From NCBI GenBank assembly GCA_965116875.1, contig OZ220733.1, positions 224,001-288,000 of the forward strand: a stretch of DNA of 64,000 nucleotides. The letters run 5' to 3'. Source of the DNA: Candidatus Latescibacterota bacterium. GTDB taxonomy: Bacteria > Latescibacterota > UBA2968 > GCA-2709665. A program made the position numbers and the translations under genes. Shown one piece after another: positions 31,141 to 41,120 of this stretch; position 1 is the stretch's first letter; every line of letters starts with the position of its first letter. The notes under the pieces are model-generated. The model saw only the letters and a program-made list of their open reading frames with translations, did no database searches and was not told the origin of the DNA.

Positions 31141-31545
31141 AGAAGGACACGGTTTTCATAGGTTCAATGTCAGTCAAAAACCATTGATCGAGAGCCGCGA
31201 ATGTGTCAAGTGGGAAGTTTCGCGACGATAATGTAACGGCGCATCGAACCCTTATTCGTCACTCTTCAGCAAACCAGAATCGGACTCTTTCAGAGATTTA
31301 AGTGCGAAATGAGAACCAAGAAGCCTGCAGTCCCAAGTACACCTGCGATATTTAGTCCGAATTGAGAAATAACACTTCCGACGTATCGAAAAGTTGATGG
31401 CAATCCCAATCAGCCGTCTCTTTGACCAGATTCGCAGTATTAGAAAAAAGTCCCCAAATACTCCAATAGTCGAGCATTCGAAGACAATGGGACGTTCAAC
31501 TTGCGGATTTATATGGTACTAATTCATCCTCCGGTCAGTCTTAAA

Positions 31546-32553
31546 TCATTCCGACGGTTCGTAATGATTGCATATTAACTCCAGGTCGTTCAATGCAGCC
31601 TCTTCGAGGTTTGCGATTTCCAAAAGACGTTTGTAAAGTTTTTCTAATGTCGGTATCAAGGCTCTTTTTTGGGCAATATAACAGAGGTTTCGGAATACAA
31701 GCCATTTTTGGGAAATCGTTTTGAATTGCCTCGCCAACTGACACAAACGACGATCTCGCAACGAGACCGCCCCGAATTCCAGAAATTTCGCGTGACCCTC
31801 ACGCTCGGGGATTACCATCTGAGTTTGTCGGAAGACCTGATCTAGCAGCTTACGTGCTTTCTCCTTCTTGAGCCATTTCCAGTGTTCCAAGTCGTTAGCG
31901 AGGGATCGCAGACCCGTCAACCCGAGACAGGTACCAGGTACGTGGAAACTGTCGCCACGCATAAATTGAATATTCTTATTAATCGATCGTTCAGTCTCGT
32001 CGGACGTCAGGTTCCAACGGGGTTCCGAACATTTGATTTCCAGCCACGTAAATTTCGGGATTTCATCTGATCCCCAGGCTTCCTTCAACCCGGAGATCGG
32101 CAGACTTCCTCGGAACAACTTAGTTGGCGATGGATCTACAATATGTACCATGTCCATTTCGTCGTCGTACCCAGCAAGAATAACGGCGTGAGACGAATGA
32201 TGGCCTAGTCCCGGATAGTAGTAACGTTCTAGATAATACGTGTCGGCTACCGCCGGTACCGGAACGCCCTCATCTATTCGCGACTTAGCGCATTTCCAGG
32301 CAGTTTCACCATCTCGTTCGTGATGCACTGTTACATGAATACCACATTGTCTTAATCTCGTCTGAAAATGAGTGATACGTGGACTAATTTTCACTTCTGC
32401 ACTGCCTTCCAGTTGGTATGAGAAATACCACTCGTCGTGCAATACGGTGGCAGTCGTGTACCCAAAAAACTGCAACATTACATCTAATGCCACATAATCA
32501 CAGGGATACGAATCGCAATCGCAGAAAGGAATTCCGGATATAAGTCGTCCCAT
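31546..32553 (-). CDS. BtrH N-terminal domain / DUF4872-like protein (papain-like fold, putative ACP-dependent acyltransferase)
   Basis: Early Cys (YPCDY), IDEGVPV...DTYYL, HSSHAVILAGYDDE..VHIVDP, LKEAW, GLTGLRSLA; helical C-terminus ending IANLEEAAL. Confidence 0.75.
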   Translation of the reverse strand: MGRLISGIPFCDCDSYPCDYVALDVMLQFFGYTTATVLHDEWYFSYQLEGSAEVKISPRITHFQTRLRQCGIHVTVHHERDGETAWKCAKSRIDEGVPVPAVADTYYLERYYYPGLGHHSSHAVILAGYDDEMDMVHIVDPSPTKLFRGSLPISGLKEAWGSDEIPKFTWLEIKCSEPRWNLTSDETERSINKNIQFMRGDSFHVPGTCLGLTGLRSLANDLEHWKWLKKEKARKLLDQVFRQTQMVIPEREGHAKFLEFGAVSLRDRRLCQLARQFKTISQKWLVFRNLCYIAQKRALIPTLEKLYKRLLEIANLEEAALNDLELICNHYEPSE

Positions 32554-33256
32554 GGCAATTCCTTAAGCTTGAAAAAAGTCGACATACGGCAGAGTCGGCG
32601 TATGCATTTATCGTCTTTTCAGTTTTACTATTGCGTAAACGACATTCTGCAATTCAGACGGCATGGCCGTTTCGTTAAGATCGTCTATTGACGATTCCGA
32701 ATCACACAATCCGTAGAAACACTAAGACCATTCATCGGTGCCCTACCCGAGTCTTGAATTAGGTAAAATCACCAGCCATGGTGCTAACCACGCTGCAATT
32801 TCAAAAAAAAATCCTCAAGTTGATCATCCATTGAACTTTCGATTTATGGCGAACATTCGTGAGGCGATTTGTCACCTCCTGCTTTTTTCTTAAGCGAGAT
32901 GTTCTCATTCTGCCGCCTCGACCGGCCGAGAAGACGAAACGCAGACACGATTAGTGAGTAATCACTTATTCTGCATTTATGACTCCAGCAAATCTGAAAT
33001 CTAGGGGATGGTACGAACGCACACCGTCGCGCTGGCAGAAATACGTCGTGGAAATCGCTCGGCGCTTCGGATATTTCCCGGCGAACAAAGTAGCCGTTTC
33101 GACCGAAACGGCGGGCGTCAGATAGGGCCTAAGCAGACGACACCATCTGTTTCGGTTGTCCCCGACCCGCGAAGCCCATAACTACCTATCCCGTTTTTTT
33201 CTCCGTTTTAAGAGTCTGGCAGTGCGACATCTACGCGACAGGGCTGGCGAGGCGGC

Positions 33257-33304
33257 CAGACAGGAATGTCCGCCCCACCTTCAGACCGGCATCCTCAGCA
33301 TAAC
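33257..33304 (+). repeat. REP-like direct repeat (copy 1)
   Basis: cagacaggaatgtccgccccaccttcagaccggcatcctcagcataac, near-identical to 34502-34549. Confidence 0.7.
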
Positions 33305-33325
33305 AGATCAGGTGCGCGGTTACTC

Positions 33326-34462
33326 TCAGGGTGTGAAAATGAAAATCTGATCCGTAGTCGACTCCCAATCTTGACTGTCATCCCTCCACTTGATTCCGCC
33401 GGCGACCATCACGCGGCCGTCTTCAAGGAGCGTGGCCGTAGCGAAAGACCTGCGCGGGCTGATGCTGTATCCGGTATTGGAAAATGCGTGCGTGACGGGA
33501 TCATACAGTACGATATCGCCGTTGTACGAGCGGATAAGAAACACGTTGCCGGACGGCAGCAGCAGGGCGGCACTGGGATCGATCGTTGAGACGCCGGCCG
33601 GTGAAAAGGTATTGGCTTCCGGGTCGTAGATCTCCGCCGTCTGCACGGATGGCCCTCTGCCGGAGGCGCCGCCGCCTATGATCAGGACCCTACCGTCCTC
33701 CAGTAGCACCGCCTTATGATTCCTGCGGTCGAACTGCAAGTTGCCTGCTTCCGAAAGGGCTTCGGTCGAGGGATCATAGATAAGATTCCGTCCCAGCAAT
33801 CCTGGGTCCCGTCCAACATTCTGTCCTCCAACGATCAACACCCTGCCGTCCTTCAACAAAGTGGCCGTATGGCCGATTCGGGAAGGATCCATCCTGAGCA
33901 AGGTGGAGAATGGGCCTGTCGTCGGGTCGAAGACACCCGCGTATAACGTGCTGGTCAAGAAGACCTTTCCGTCGAGAAGCAGAGTGGCAGTAAGAATCCC
34001 AATTCTCCGAGGCAAAACTGCCACAGGGTTGAATCTGCCGGAATGAGCATCGTACCTCTCAATGGGGAGATTGGGATTTCCGGGGATGATCAGGACCCGG
34101 CCGTCGGGAAGCAATATTCCGTGGTCCTCGCTGCGACTGGCAGTCAGGTCTCCCGTTGGCGTTGAGGTCCCGGTTTCAGGGTCGAATATTTCCGCACTGA
34201 TGAGACGCTTCGGCTGAGGAATGGGGGTATCCGGGGGAGGCGGCCCTGCGAGTACCAGCGGCAGTTCTTCGAGGCCGCCAGCGATCAGGACCTTGCCATC
34301 GTTCAGTAACGTCGCGGCATGCCAATACCGGGGTCGGGTCAGGTTTCCAACCTCGTGAAGACCCCTTTCAAGGGCCGGCGGCTCTGATGTGGTTACCGAA
34401 TCGCTTCCGCAAGCCCACAAGCTCGTGACGACGAACAGCGCGACCAAGATTCTGGTGGTCAT
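33326..34462 (-). CDS. Kelch-repeat beta-propeller lipoprotein
   Basis: Lipobox LWAC; repeated H-x-ATLL-x-DGRVLI-x-GG and AEIYDP motifs. Confidence 0.88.
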   Translation of the reverse strand: MTTRILVALFVVTSLWACGSDSVTTSEPPALERGLHEVGNLTRPRYWHAATLLNDGKVLIAGGLEELPLVLAGPPPPDTPIPQPKRLISAEIFDPETGTSTPTGDLTASRSEDHGILLPDGRVLIIPGNPNLPIERYDAHSGRFNPVAVLPRRIGILTATLLLDGKVFLTSTLYAGVFDPTTGPFSTLLRMDPSRIGHTATLLKDGRVLIVGGQNVGRDPGLLGRNLIYDPSTEALSEAGNLQFDRRNHKAVLLEDGRVLIIGGGASGRGPSVQTAEIYDPEANTFSPAGVSTIDPSAALLLPSGNVFLIRSYNGDIVLYDPVTHAFSNTGYSISPRRSFATATLLEDGRVMVAGGIKWRDDSQDWESTTDQIFIFTP

Positions 34463-34501
34463 TTTCTGTCTCCTTCCCGACCGAAGGATACACGATGTGG
34501 A

Positions 34502-34549
34502 CAGACAGGAATGTCCGCGCCACCTTCAGACCGGATTCCTCTGCATGAC
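34502..34549 (+). repeat. REP-like direct repeat (copy 2)
   Basis: cagacaggaatgtccgcgccaccttcagaccggattcctctgcatgac; a shorter core also occurs at 55895-55915. Confidence 0.7.
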
Positions 34550-34651
34550 GGTTCCGCGCAGGCGGCGGACATCCTGCTTCTCAGGTGTCGCCGCGTGTAA
34601 ATAGCGCAGAGATGATCCCATGCTGCAGTAGATCCTTCGTCGGCCTGGGGA

Positions 34652-34719
34652 CCCTTCGACGGGCTCGCTTCGACAGGCCACTTCGGCAAGCTCAGTGCAA
34701 GCAGCACAAGCAGGGCAAG
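34652..34719 (+). repeat. Nested mini-palindrome cluster
   Basis: cccttcgacgggctc[gcttcgacaggc[cacttcggcaagctcagtg]caagc agc]acaagc aggg. Confidence 0.6.
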
Positions 34720-35075
34720 TCCTCTGGATGACAGCCGGAAGCTTCGTGCTCGTGTAACCAGGTTGATCAAACCTTCCTAAACACCATCTCTTAAACGGAT
34801 TTCGCCAATGTTGTTAAAAATGAGGTGCAGGTTTGTAATCCGGTGTCTTCGGACAAATGGGAAACGGTCGCCTGAGATGGTTTAATTAAACTGGGAGAAA
34901 CTGTCACATGCCGCTGATCTTACGTTTGATCAAATCAAAAACGAACACGATTTACAGCGATTGGAAAAACAACTGATGACGAGACATCCTCCCAATATCA
35001 TCTTCATGGTATGTGAAGATCAATAGGGTGCGATTGTCTAAAATCCAACATTTCCGCTAGATGACAAAGCCCAAT

Positions 35076-35339
35076 TTAGCTGCTCGCCAATTTACCGGAC
35101 ACATAACGAACCATAGAATTCACAGAATCGAAGAGGTCGACGCGTAATTCTTCGTCATCCACCTCAATTCCAAACTCCTGTTCAAGAGCAAAGATGATTT
35201 CTAGTGCGGCAATCGAGTCAACTCCCACGCCCTCGAAAAGCAACTCATCATCGGCAATGTCGTTAGGGTCAATACTCAGGCGGAGTGACTGGACGATCGC
35301 AGATTTTACACGCTGTCCAATGAGCGTCAATTCTTCCAT
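35076..35339 (-). CDS. Acyl carrier protein (phosphopantetheine-binding)
   Basis: 87 aa, acidic; GVDSIAALEI (phosphopantetheine Ser) and LEQEFGIEV; overlaps the upstream gene. Confidence 0.9.
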   Translation of the reverse strand: MEELTLIGQRVKSAIVQSLRLSIDPNDIADDELLFEGVGVDSIAALEIIFALEQEFGIEVDDEELRVDLFDSVNSMVRYVSGKLASS

Positions 35340-37243
35340 CCGTTTTTCTTGTCCTCGGTAAAGTGATCGATTGCCACATCAACCGCCTTTTGAATACCCT
35401 CTGCCGACGAAATACATATGGCGGGTAATCCAAAAGACCGTTCCAATTGTCCCAACTTACAGGCTACTTCGGCTTGAGTCAGCGGTCGCGGTCTTATCGA
35501 CGTTCGACCATACCTAGCCTGCACTCCCTTTTCAAAGTCTGACGTGGCTAGCAACAATGTGGGCGCGTGACAAAATGCGCGAATGCCGTTGACCGTGTCC
35601 TGAATATAGTCTTCGGGATCGACACTGTTTACCACCAATATGCAAGCATCAGGCTTCACACCCATTAAAAAAGCAATGGTGGGCAGCGTCAAAGTATGCT
35701 TGTCGCATACGTCATAGGGAACCGTTCCGGATTGGGTACCGACCAAAATGAGATGAGGTCGTGTTTGGTAGCAAATCTCGCGCATCTTCGCATCGAGAAA
35801 CGGAATATAGTATTCAGTCGGAATTCGAACAGAGGGTGCGTAGCCCATTGGAAACCCATAATCCATGCCGAATAGCTCGGAATGATGTTCAGTCCCAATC
35901 TGTGCAATCCGAAACCCTAGTTCTAGCAATCTTCGCCGGAACGCTAATTGAAGGGTAAATTTACCCTGTTGCGAACTCGTACCTACTATAGCCAAAACCG
36001 GAACATCCACTTCGGGGAGCGATGAGCATCCATCGACTGTACGGCTCGCCTCTTCAAACGACAGCTCAGGATAATACAGTCTCAATCCTTTAGAAGCAGC
36101 GACTTCATGCAAGTCACCGTACTCCGCGTGAGGTAGTGCAAGTAGGCTGAACACGTTTACTTCATTATCGAGTGCGACCTGAACGCACTTTCTAAGGAAA
36201 TCGCTCTTACGGATTCGACTCAATTCATCAACGTAACCAAGAATCAGAGTGTCTGCATGCTCCAGACACGCCGACAGCCGGGATGTGATCCGGAGACCCT
36301 TATTACACAGGCCGATTGCTTCCCCTGCATCGCTGCCGACCAATCCCTTTCCGACAGGATCGGATATGCCCACGACCTGAAAGCCCAATAGGTCATTCGC
36401 ACGAACTACGGCGTGCATTTCCTTATTATACGGGTAGAGGCAGGCCTTGCGTATCCACGAGAAGCGATCCTCTGCAGCAGACGGGACCTTGATGGATGAC
36501 GCAGGGTTTGTTACGAGAGGAGGCGCCGTTTCGGATACTGCGTGGTTACTCAGAATCTCACGGATCTGTTGCAAGCAGGCACCAGGGTAAGCCTGCCGGA
36601 TTAGCGCGATCAGACCGGTTATATGTGGCGCAGCGAAACTGGTACCGCCCATCATTATTTCCTTCGGCTCCAACCAACACACCCGTTGGGGGTCGCCGCG
36701 CGCAATGCACTCAATCGGTCGACCGGCGCGATAATAGTAGTCGTACGGGCCAAGCAACGCACCCGAACCGACACCAATGACGTCGGCTAACAACGCAGGA
36801 TACGAGTCACGTCCCTCGTTATTTGCGGATGCTACCAAAAGAGTACCAACGCTGACTGCATTGCGACAGACGTTTGCCAACTCGTCACGATAAGCGATAT
36901 CCGTTGTTCCCAAGCTTAGATTTACAATGTCGATTCCGTGCGCAACTGTCCATTCGATGGCCGCTATGAGCAGTCGTGGTTCCGTCGACAAGGATTCGTC
37001 AAAAACTCGGATACTATAAATTGAGGCGTCCATCGCTTTCCGCCGGATAATACCTGCACAGGCCGTTCCGTGACCCACGCAGTCTTCAAAATCAGAACCA
37101 TAGATTAAATCCCCTGCTTTACCGACTGATATAGAAACCCCGTCTGTCAACGGACCAACCTTCGGGTGGTCCGGCACGATGCCACTATCTATAACTGCGA
37201 CGGCAACGCCGCGTCCGGTCAAGTTTGAAAACGGAAAACTCAT
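35327..37243 (-). CDS. S8 subtilisin-like peptidase fused to a DUF1611/TIGR04066-like P-loop domain
   Basis: Catalytic triad VAVIDSG / GHGTACAG / GTSFAAP. The C-half has LYPYNKE...GLVGSDAG and VPVLAIVGTSSQQGKFTLQL...GFRIAQIGTE. No signal peptide. Confidence 0.85.
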   Translation of the reverse strand: MSFPFSNLTGRGVAVAVIDSGIVPDHPKVGPLTDGVSISVGKAGDLIYGSDFEDCVGHGTACAGIIRRKAMDASIYSIRVFDESLSTEPRLLIAAIEWTVAHGIDIVNLSLGTTDIAYRDELANVCRNAVSVGTLLVASANNEGRDSYPALLADVIGVGSGALLGPYDYYYRAGRPIECIARGDPQRVCWLEPKEIMMGGTSFAAPHITGLIALIRQAYPGACLQQIREILSNHAVSETAPPLVTNPASSIKVPSAAEDRFSWIRKACLYPYNKEMHAVVRANDLLGFQVVGISDPVGKGLVGSDAGEAIGLCNKGLRITSRLSACLEHADTLILGYVDELSRIRKSDFLRKCVQVALDNEVNVFSLLALPHAEYGDLHEVAASKGLRLYYPELSFEEASRTVDGCSSLPEVDVPVLAIVGTSSQQGKFTLQLAFRRRLLELGFRIAQIGTEHHSELFGMDYGFPMGYAPSVRIPTEYYIPFLDAKMREICYQTRPHLILVGTQSGTVPYDVCDKHTLTLPTIAFLMGVKPDACILVVNSVDPEDYIQDTVNGIRAFCHAPTLLLATSDFEKGVQARYGRTSIRPRPLTQAEVACKLGQLERSFGLPAICISSAEGIQKAVDVAIDHFTEDKKNGWKN

Positions 37244-37354
37244 CGCACCTGTTCACGAAAAAGCTAAAGGAGGACGGCGATATTCTCACGAATATCGCAT
37301 TGCCAGGAAATCGGTTAGAGTTGTTTCCCCCAACTTCTCCTAAAAGCAGAAATA

Positions 37355-37846
37355 CTAACCTCCGTCATCGGTCTCGGTTGCCACCGGAAATCCCGCCTCG
37401 GCCCACAACGGCCATCCACCGGAAAGCACCCTGACGTTTGCATATGTGAATTCTCGTGCGAGGCGCCGCGCTACATCATAGCTACTCATACATGTAGCAT
37501 TTGCACAGTAGACGATAATATCGGTATCCGCCGGATAAGGCTCAAGCACACGATGCAATTTGGAAGTCGAATAGTGATATGACAGACGGACAGCACCCGG
37601 AATATGCCCACCATTAAATGCCTCAGCCGAGCGAGCATCTACAAATAACGCTGCTCCCCTGTCATATTGGTGCTTAGCTTCAACTAAATCCAATGTCCCA
37701 ATAGCCTGTTCTTCTAAAGTGCCGACATTTGCAAGAGGAAGTCCAGCCACCGTCCGCCGGGCATAAAACCACTCGGTCAATTGAAGGACGGCACAATACA
37801 TCACAATTAATATGAATACCAGTGAAACTATAACCCATCGCCACAC
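37355..37846 (-). CDS. Membrane-anchored rhodanese-like protein
   Basis: N-terminal TM; FVDARS..AF..GHIPGA, IIVYCANATC and VLSGGWPLW. Confidence 0.85.
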   Translation of the reverse strand: MWRWVIVSLVFILIVMYCAVLQLTEWFYARRTVAGLPLANVGTLEEQAIGTLDLVEAKHQYDRGAALFVDARSAEAFNGGHIPGAVRLSYHYSTSKLHRVLEPYPADTDIIVYCANATCMSSYDVARRLAREFTYANVRVLSGGWPLWAEAGFPVATETDDGG

Positions 37847-37877
37847 GAATTCGTATCCAATTCGGGACTCTTATTAA

Positions 37878-38067
37878 CCTTGATTCGAAAGTCCCCGGGG
37901 ACGTTAATTCGAATATGTGCTTGAAATAAAGGCGATTAGACGGCGGAAACCGAGGATACACCAGGTCACTGGACGTGAAGGGAAAAAACATCTTTCTTTA
38001 TGTCGACAACGCCCCGTTTCGGAGGGTTTTATCGCGTCGCCGCGTTGCTGTTTTTTTCGGATTGAGG
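37878..38067. mobile_element. 190-bp MITE with IS1380-like ends (copy 2)
   Basis: CCTTGATTC...ATTGAGG with TTAA direct repeats (37874-77, 38068-71); diverged homologue of 4022-4211. Confidence 0.8.
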
Positions 38068-39750
38068 TTAATTGCGTGCCGTTGAAAAAAAACTGTTTAA
38101 GAAACTTTGTTTCTGGAGCAACGCCTGAGGTTGACCCTGTTCAACTACGGTGCCGTTATCAATGCAGATCACTTCATCCACATTTCGGACGACGTTTAGT
38201 CTATGACTGATAACTAGGATTGTCTTTCCAGCAAATATCCGTCGGACATTTCGAAGAATCGTGTGTTCATTTTGGGGATCCAAAGCTGCGGTCGCTTCGT
38301 CCATGATTAGCAACTCCGCAGGATTCAACAAGGCTCTAGCAATTGCAAGCCGTTGTCGCTGCCCACCCGACATCTGTACTCCTTGCTCTCCTATAGTTTC
38401 ATGTTGATTCAGATCGTTCAGACCAACCATCTCCATGACGCGGTCGATTTCTGATGAGTTATACCGAGCCGATCCGTACCGGATATTCTCGCCGACGCTA
38501 TCGTGAAATAGGTGGACTCGTTGGCTAACCAAACTGATATTACGCCTCAAGTCCGACAGTTCGAATTCTCGCATTTGAACATTGTCAATGTTGATGCAAC
38601 CTCGATCGGGAAGATGAAGCCCACAAAGCAAATTGGCAATCGTCGACTTTCCACTTCCACTCGCACCTACCAAAGCATACGATTTCCCTTTTGCCATACT
38701 AAATTTCACTCCTCGAAGTACTGTCTGACTCTCAAAACTAAAATAAACATCTTGAAGGTCAATCTGCCTCCCGAAGGTAAACTGTTTTCGTCCAGCAAAA
38801 AAACCAACCTCCGAGGGAATCTGCATAAACTCCAACACGCGACGCATGGAAACCAACCCTCGAACGAGCCCAATGTACATATCGTGCAGGTTCCGGACTG
38901 GCTGGAAAAGACGTACCGAGTACTGTAGGAAGGCAACTAGAGCGCCAAGCGACATGACGTCTTGCATAACCTGATACGCTCCGAATCCCATAATGAAGAG
39001 GGGGGTTAACGCGGCCAACCCTCCTGACACACTATTCATTGAGGCATAGTACAGGACATTGCGCATGATTAATTCAATTAGATCATCCGACATAAAACGA
39101 AATCTATCGGTTTCTCGCCTCGAACTATTCGTAAGTTTAATTAATGAGACGTTTTTAAATCGTTCAATTACGTAGCTGGAGATGTCGGACCCCTTTTTCT
39201 GAATCTTTTCGATATTCCGTCTAATCCTAGGCTGAAAATAGGTCAGATTTAATACAAACAACGGGACGCCGATTACAGTCAGCAAAAAAAGGGAGGCATT
39301 TAGCCACATCAACAATACGATCAGCCCAATCAAAGTCAGGACACTGTGGATCGAGTGCAACGCGCTGGAAGTCAGCATCGACTCAATCACTGCCACATCA
39401 CTATTGAGCCGGTAGACCAAATCTCCTGTCTTTCGATTGTCAAGTGAGCTTATCGGTAAATCCAACAGCTTACGAAACATCCGCACTCGCATATCCCGAA
39501 CAATGCGATTACTGCACCACGCGTAGAGGTAGTTTGATGCGAAAGACAAGATCATATTAGTTAACATCAAACCGCAGAGAAGTCCTATCGCGACTAGAAG
39601 AGTGGTATATTGTTTGGCTGGAATTATGTCATCGATAATCGTCTTCGTAATGTACGGTGGAGCTAAGGAAACCGCAGTGGTAAGGACAAGACAGATCACA
39701 ACGATTAATCCCTTAAAGCGGTAGGGATTCAGGAATTTGGCAAATCGCAC
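38068..39750 (-). CDS. ABC exporter, fused permease/ATPase (no C39 domain)
   Basis: 6-TM domain, GASGSGKST, MSGGQRQR, LIMDEAT and ISHR. Confidence 0.93.
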   Translation of the reverse strand: MRFAKFLNPYRFKGLIVVICLVLTTAVSLAPPYITKTIIDDIIPAKQYTTLLVAIGLLCGLMLTNMILSFASNYLYAWCSNRIVRDMRVRMFRKLLDLPISSLDNRKTGDLVYRLNSDVAVIESMLTSSALHSIHSVLTLIGLIVLLMWLNASLFLLTVIGVPLFVLNLTYFQPRIRRNIEKIQKKGSDISSYVIERFKNVSLIKLTNSSRRETDRFRFMSDDLIELIMRNVLYYASMNSVSGGLAALTPLFIMGFGAYQVMQDVMSLGALVAFLQYSVRLFQPVRNLHDMYIGLVRGLVSMRRVLEFMQIPSEVGFFAGRKQFTFGRQIDLQDVYFSFESQTVLRGVKFSMAKGKSYALVGASGSGKSTIANLLCGLHLPDRGCINIDNVQMREFELSDLRRNISLVSQRVHLFHDSVGENIRYGSARYNSSEIDRVMEMVGLNDLNQHETIGEQGVQMSGGQRQRLAIARALLNPAELLIMDEATAALDPQNEHTILRNVRRIFAGKTILVISHRLNVVRNVDEVICIDNGTVVEQGQPQALLQKQSFLNSFFSTARN

Positions 39751-39789
39751 AATCGCGTTTATTGATGAGATGTGTGGCTCCGCGGAAAA

Positions 39790-40482
39790 CTAAAAGGGAT
39801 CACTGAGGACACCGCGCCCCTTGATTAACTCCAATAGAGACATACCGTGCATTTCTTTCAAGGGTGAATCAGCGAAACCCTCAACATTAATCTCAAAAGC
39901 AGGCATATGATTGTAAACAAGATCAACGAAGAACAAGGATGTGAATTGCTCCGCTTGGATTAGAGGAAGGTGGCATCGAATTATCCTGTTTTCTGGACTG
40001 ACAAGAAAAACCACAGGAGTTCGCACGAACAACCCATCGGAATCCTCTGGTTCTAGCGGAACACCTAACTGAAACGTCAACCTGAAGGCTCGCTTAAATT
40101 TAGTCAATTCTGATTGATCCCCATTTGAAATGGCGTAAATCGGCATCTCTAAGGAGTCCTTTAGGTTGTCGTGGATGTGTTGCAGCGCCCGTAATATTAG
40201 ATTGATGCAAGGTTGGCACGAATTCGGCGAAAACAAAAACACCAAGCCGGTCTTTGATCCTGAAAAGTCAGTACTTACCGTATCATTGCCAGTCGTGCGA
40301 ATTGACAATTTTGGAAATCCGCGACCGACTATCAGATCCTGCCGGTAGGTATTGACCACAAACGTGCGGTAAAACCGTAGATCGGTGAGATGTAATTTGA
40401 ATAACCAGGCGAGGGAGACGACTAGACCAATTAGGAAAAGCAGATTCGATACTACCAATAATCTCGTTATCCGCATAATCAT
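39790..40482 (-). CDS. Membrane-anchored thioredoxin-fold (redoxin-like) protein
   Basis: N-terminal TM; LVFLFSPNSCQPC (CxxC) and RTPVVFLV (cis-Pro motif). Confidence 0.7.
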   Translation of the reverse strand: MIMRITRLLVVSNLLFLIGLVVSLAWLFKLHLTDLRFYRTFVVNTYRQDLIVGRGFPKLSIRTTGNDTVSTDFSGSKTGLVFLFSPNSCQPCINLILRALQHIHDNLKDSLEMPIYAISNGDQSELTKFKRAFRLTFQLGVPLEPEDSDGLFVRTPVVFLVSPENRIIRCHLPLIQAEQFTSLFFVDLVYNHMPAFEINVEGFADSPLKEMHGMSLLELIKGRGVLSDPF

Positions 40483-40819
40483 ACCGAAACTTTACAACAA
40501 CCGTCGTTGCAGTCCATAGAGGTTATTGTAGTTTCTCGAATGAATTCTGTACGGTTCAAAACCACAACAAATCGACGGCCAACGGGTATTTGCCCTACGC
40601 TTCGGCGGCCGTCGCACACAGATGTTCTTGCGGGCACTGGTCATCTTCCGAACGCAGGCGCGCATCCTAAGATCCGGACTCACCCTCGACAAGACCACGC
40701 CAAACCACCTACGCAGCGCATTCGACAGACTCGAAACTTTGATCGACCAACATTGCGATCATGCCAAACTCGCTGCTTGAAGCTTGACTCAAACACCACA
40801 AAAACCGCCGACTAAGCAG

Positions 40820-41003
40820 GCTAGGGCTGCAGAAAGAATGCGCCAACCCAAGCTATTGCCACTGGCTCTCTGTGCTCTTTGCGCTGGATGAAGCCTTCCC
40901 CAAACACGACATCAACCCCGCTGGCCGCGTAAGATCGAAGCGATTTCCCAGCCGCACACTGGCGACAACCAATCCCATAGAATCCACGTTCACCACCGCA
41001 GCA
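40820..41003 (+). pseudogene. IS256 (mutator-family) transposase relic
   Basis: Frameshifted, deleted fragments APTQAIATGSL, ALDEAFP../RHQPRW and DFPAAHW/TTNPIESTFTT match the IS256 C-terminal pattern FPAEHW..LRTTNPIESTF. Confidence 0.6.
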
Positions 41004-41074
41004 GAGGGATTCTTCGATCCAATGAACAGCACCAATATCATACGTTTAACGTACTTACCGAAGTTAACGAAAGA

Positions 41075-41100
41075 CCGAAATACGGATCCGATCCACCATT
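41075..41100. repeat. Downstream arm of the inverted repeat flanking the precursor gene
   Basis: ccgaaatacggatccgatccaccatt, complementary to 41368-41396 apart from 3 single-nt bulges. Confidence 0.8.
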
Positions 41101-41120
41101 TCAGTCAACGAGAGTAATAC

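Noticed and set aside
31141-31540. Possible small gene after a GGAGG-ATG between BtrH and MFP
   Set aside because: The ATG is followed by TAG at codon 3, and the other frames are short and uninformative.
32560-33140. Possible second precursor upstream of BtrH (AGGAGGTG present)
   Set aside because: Only a ~24-codon frame with no leader or core resemblance.
34976-35026. MTRHPPNIIFMVCEDQ*, resembling a sulfatase N-terminus
   Set aside because: Only 16 codons; too short to support.
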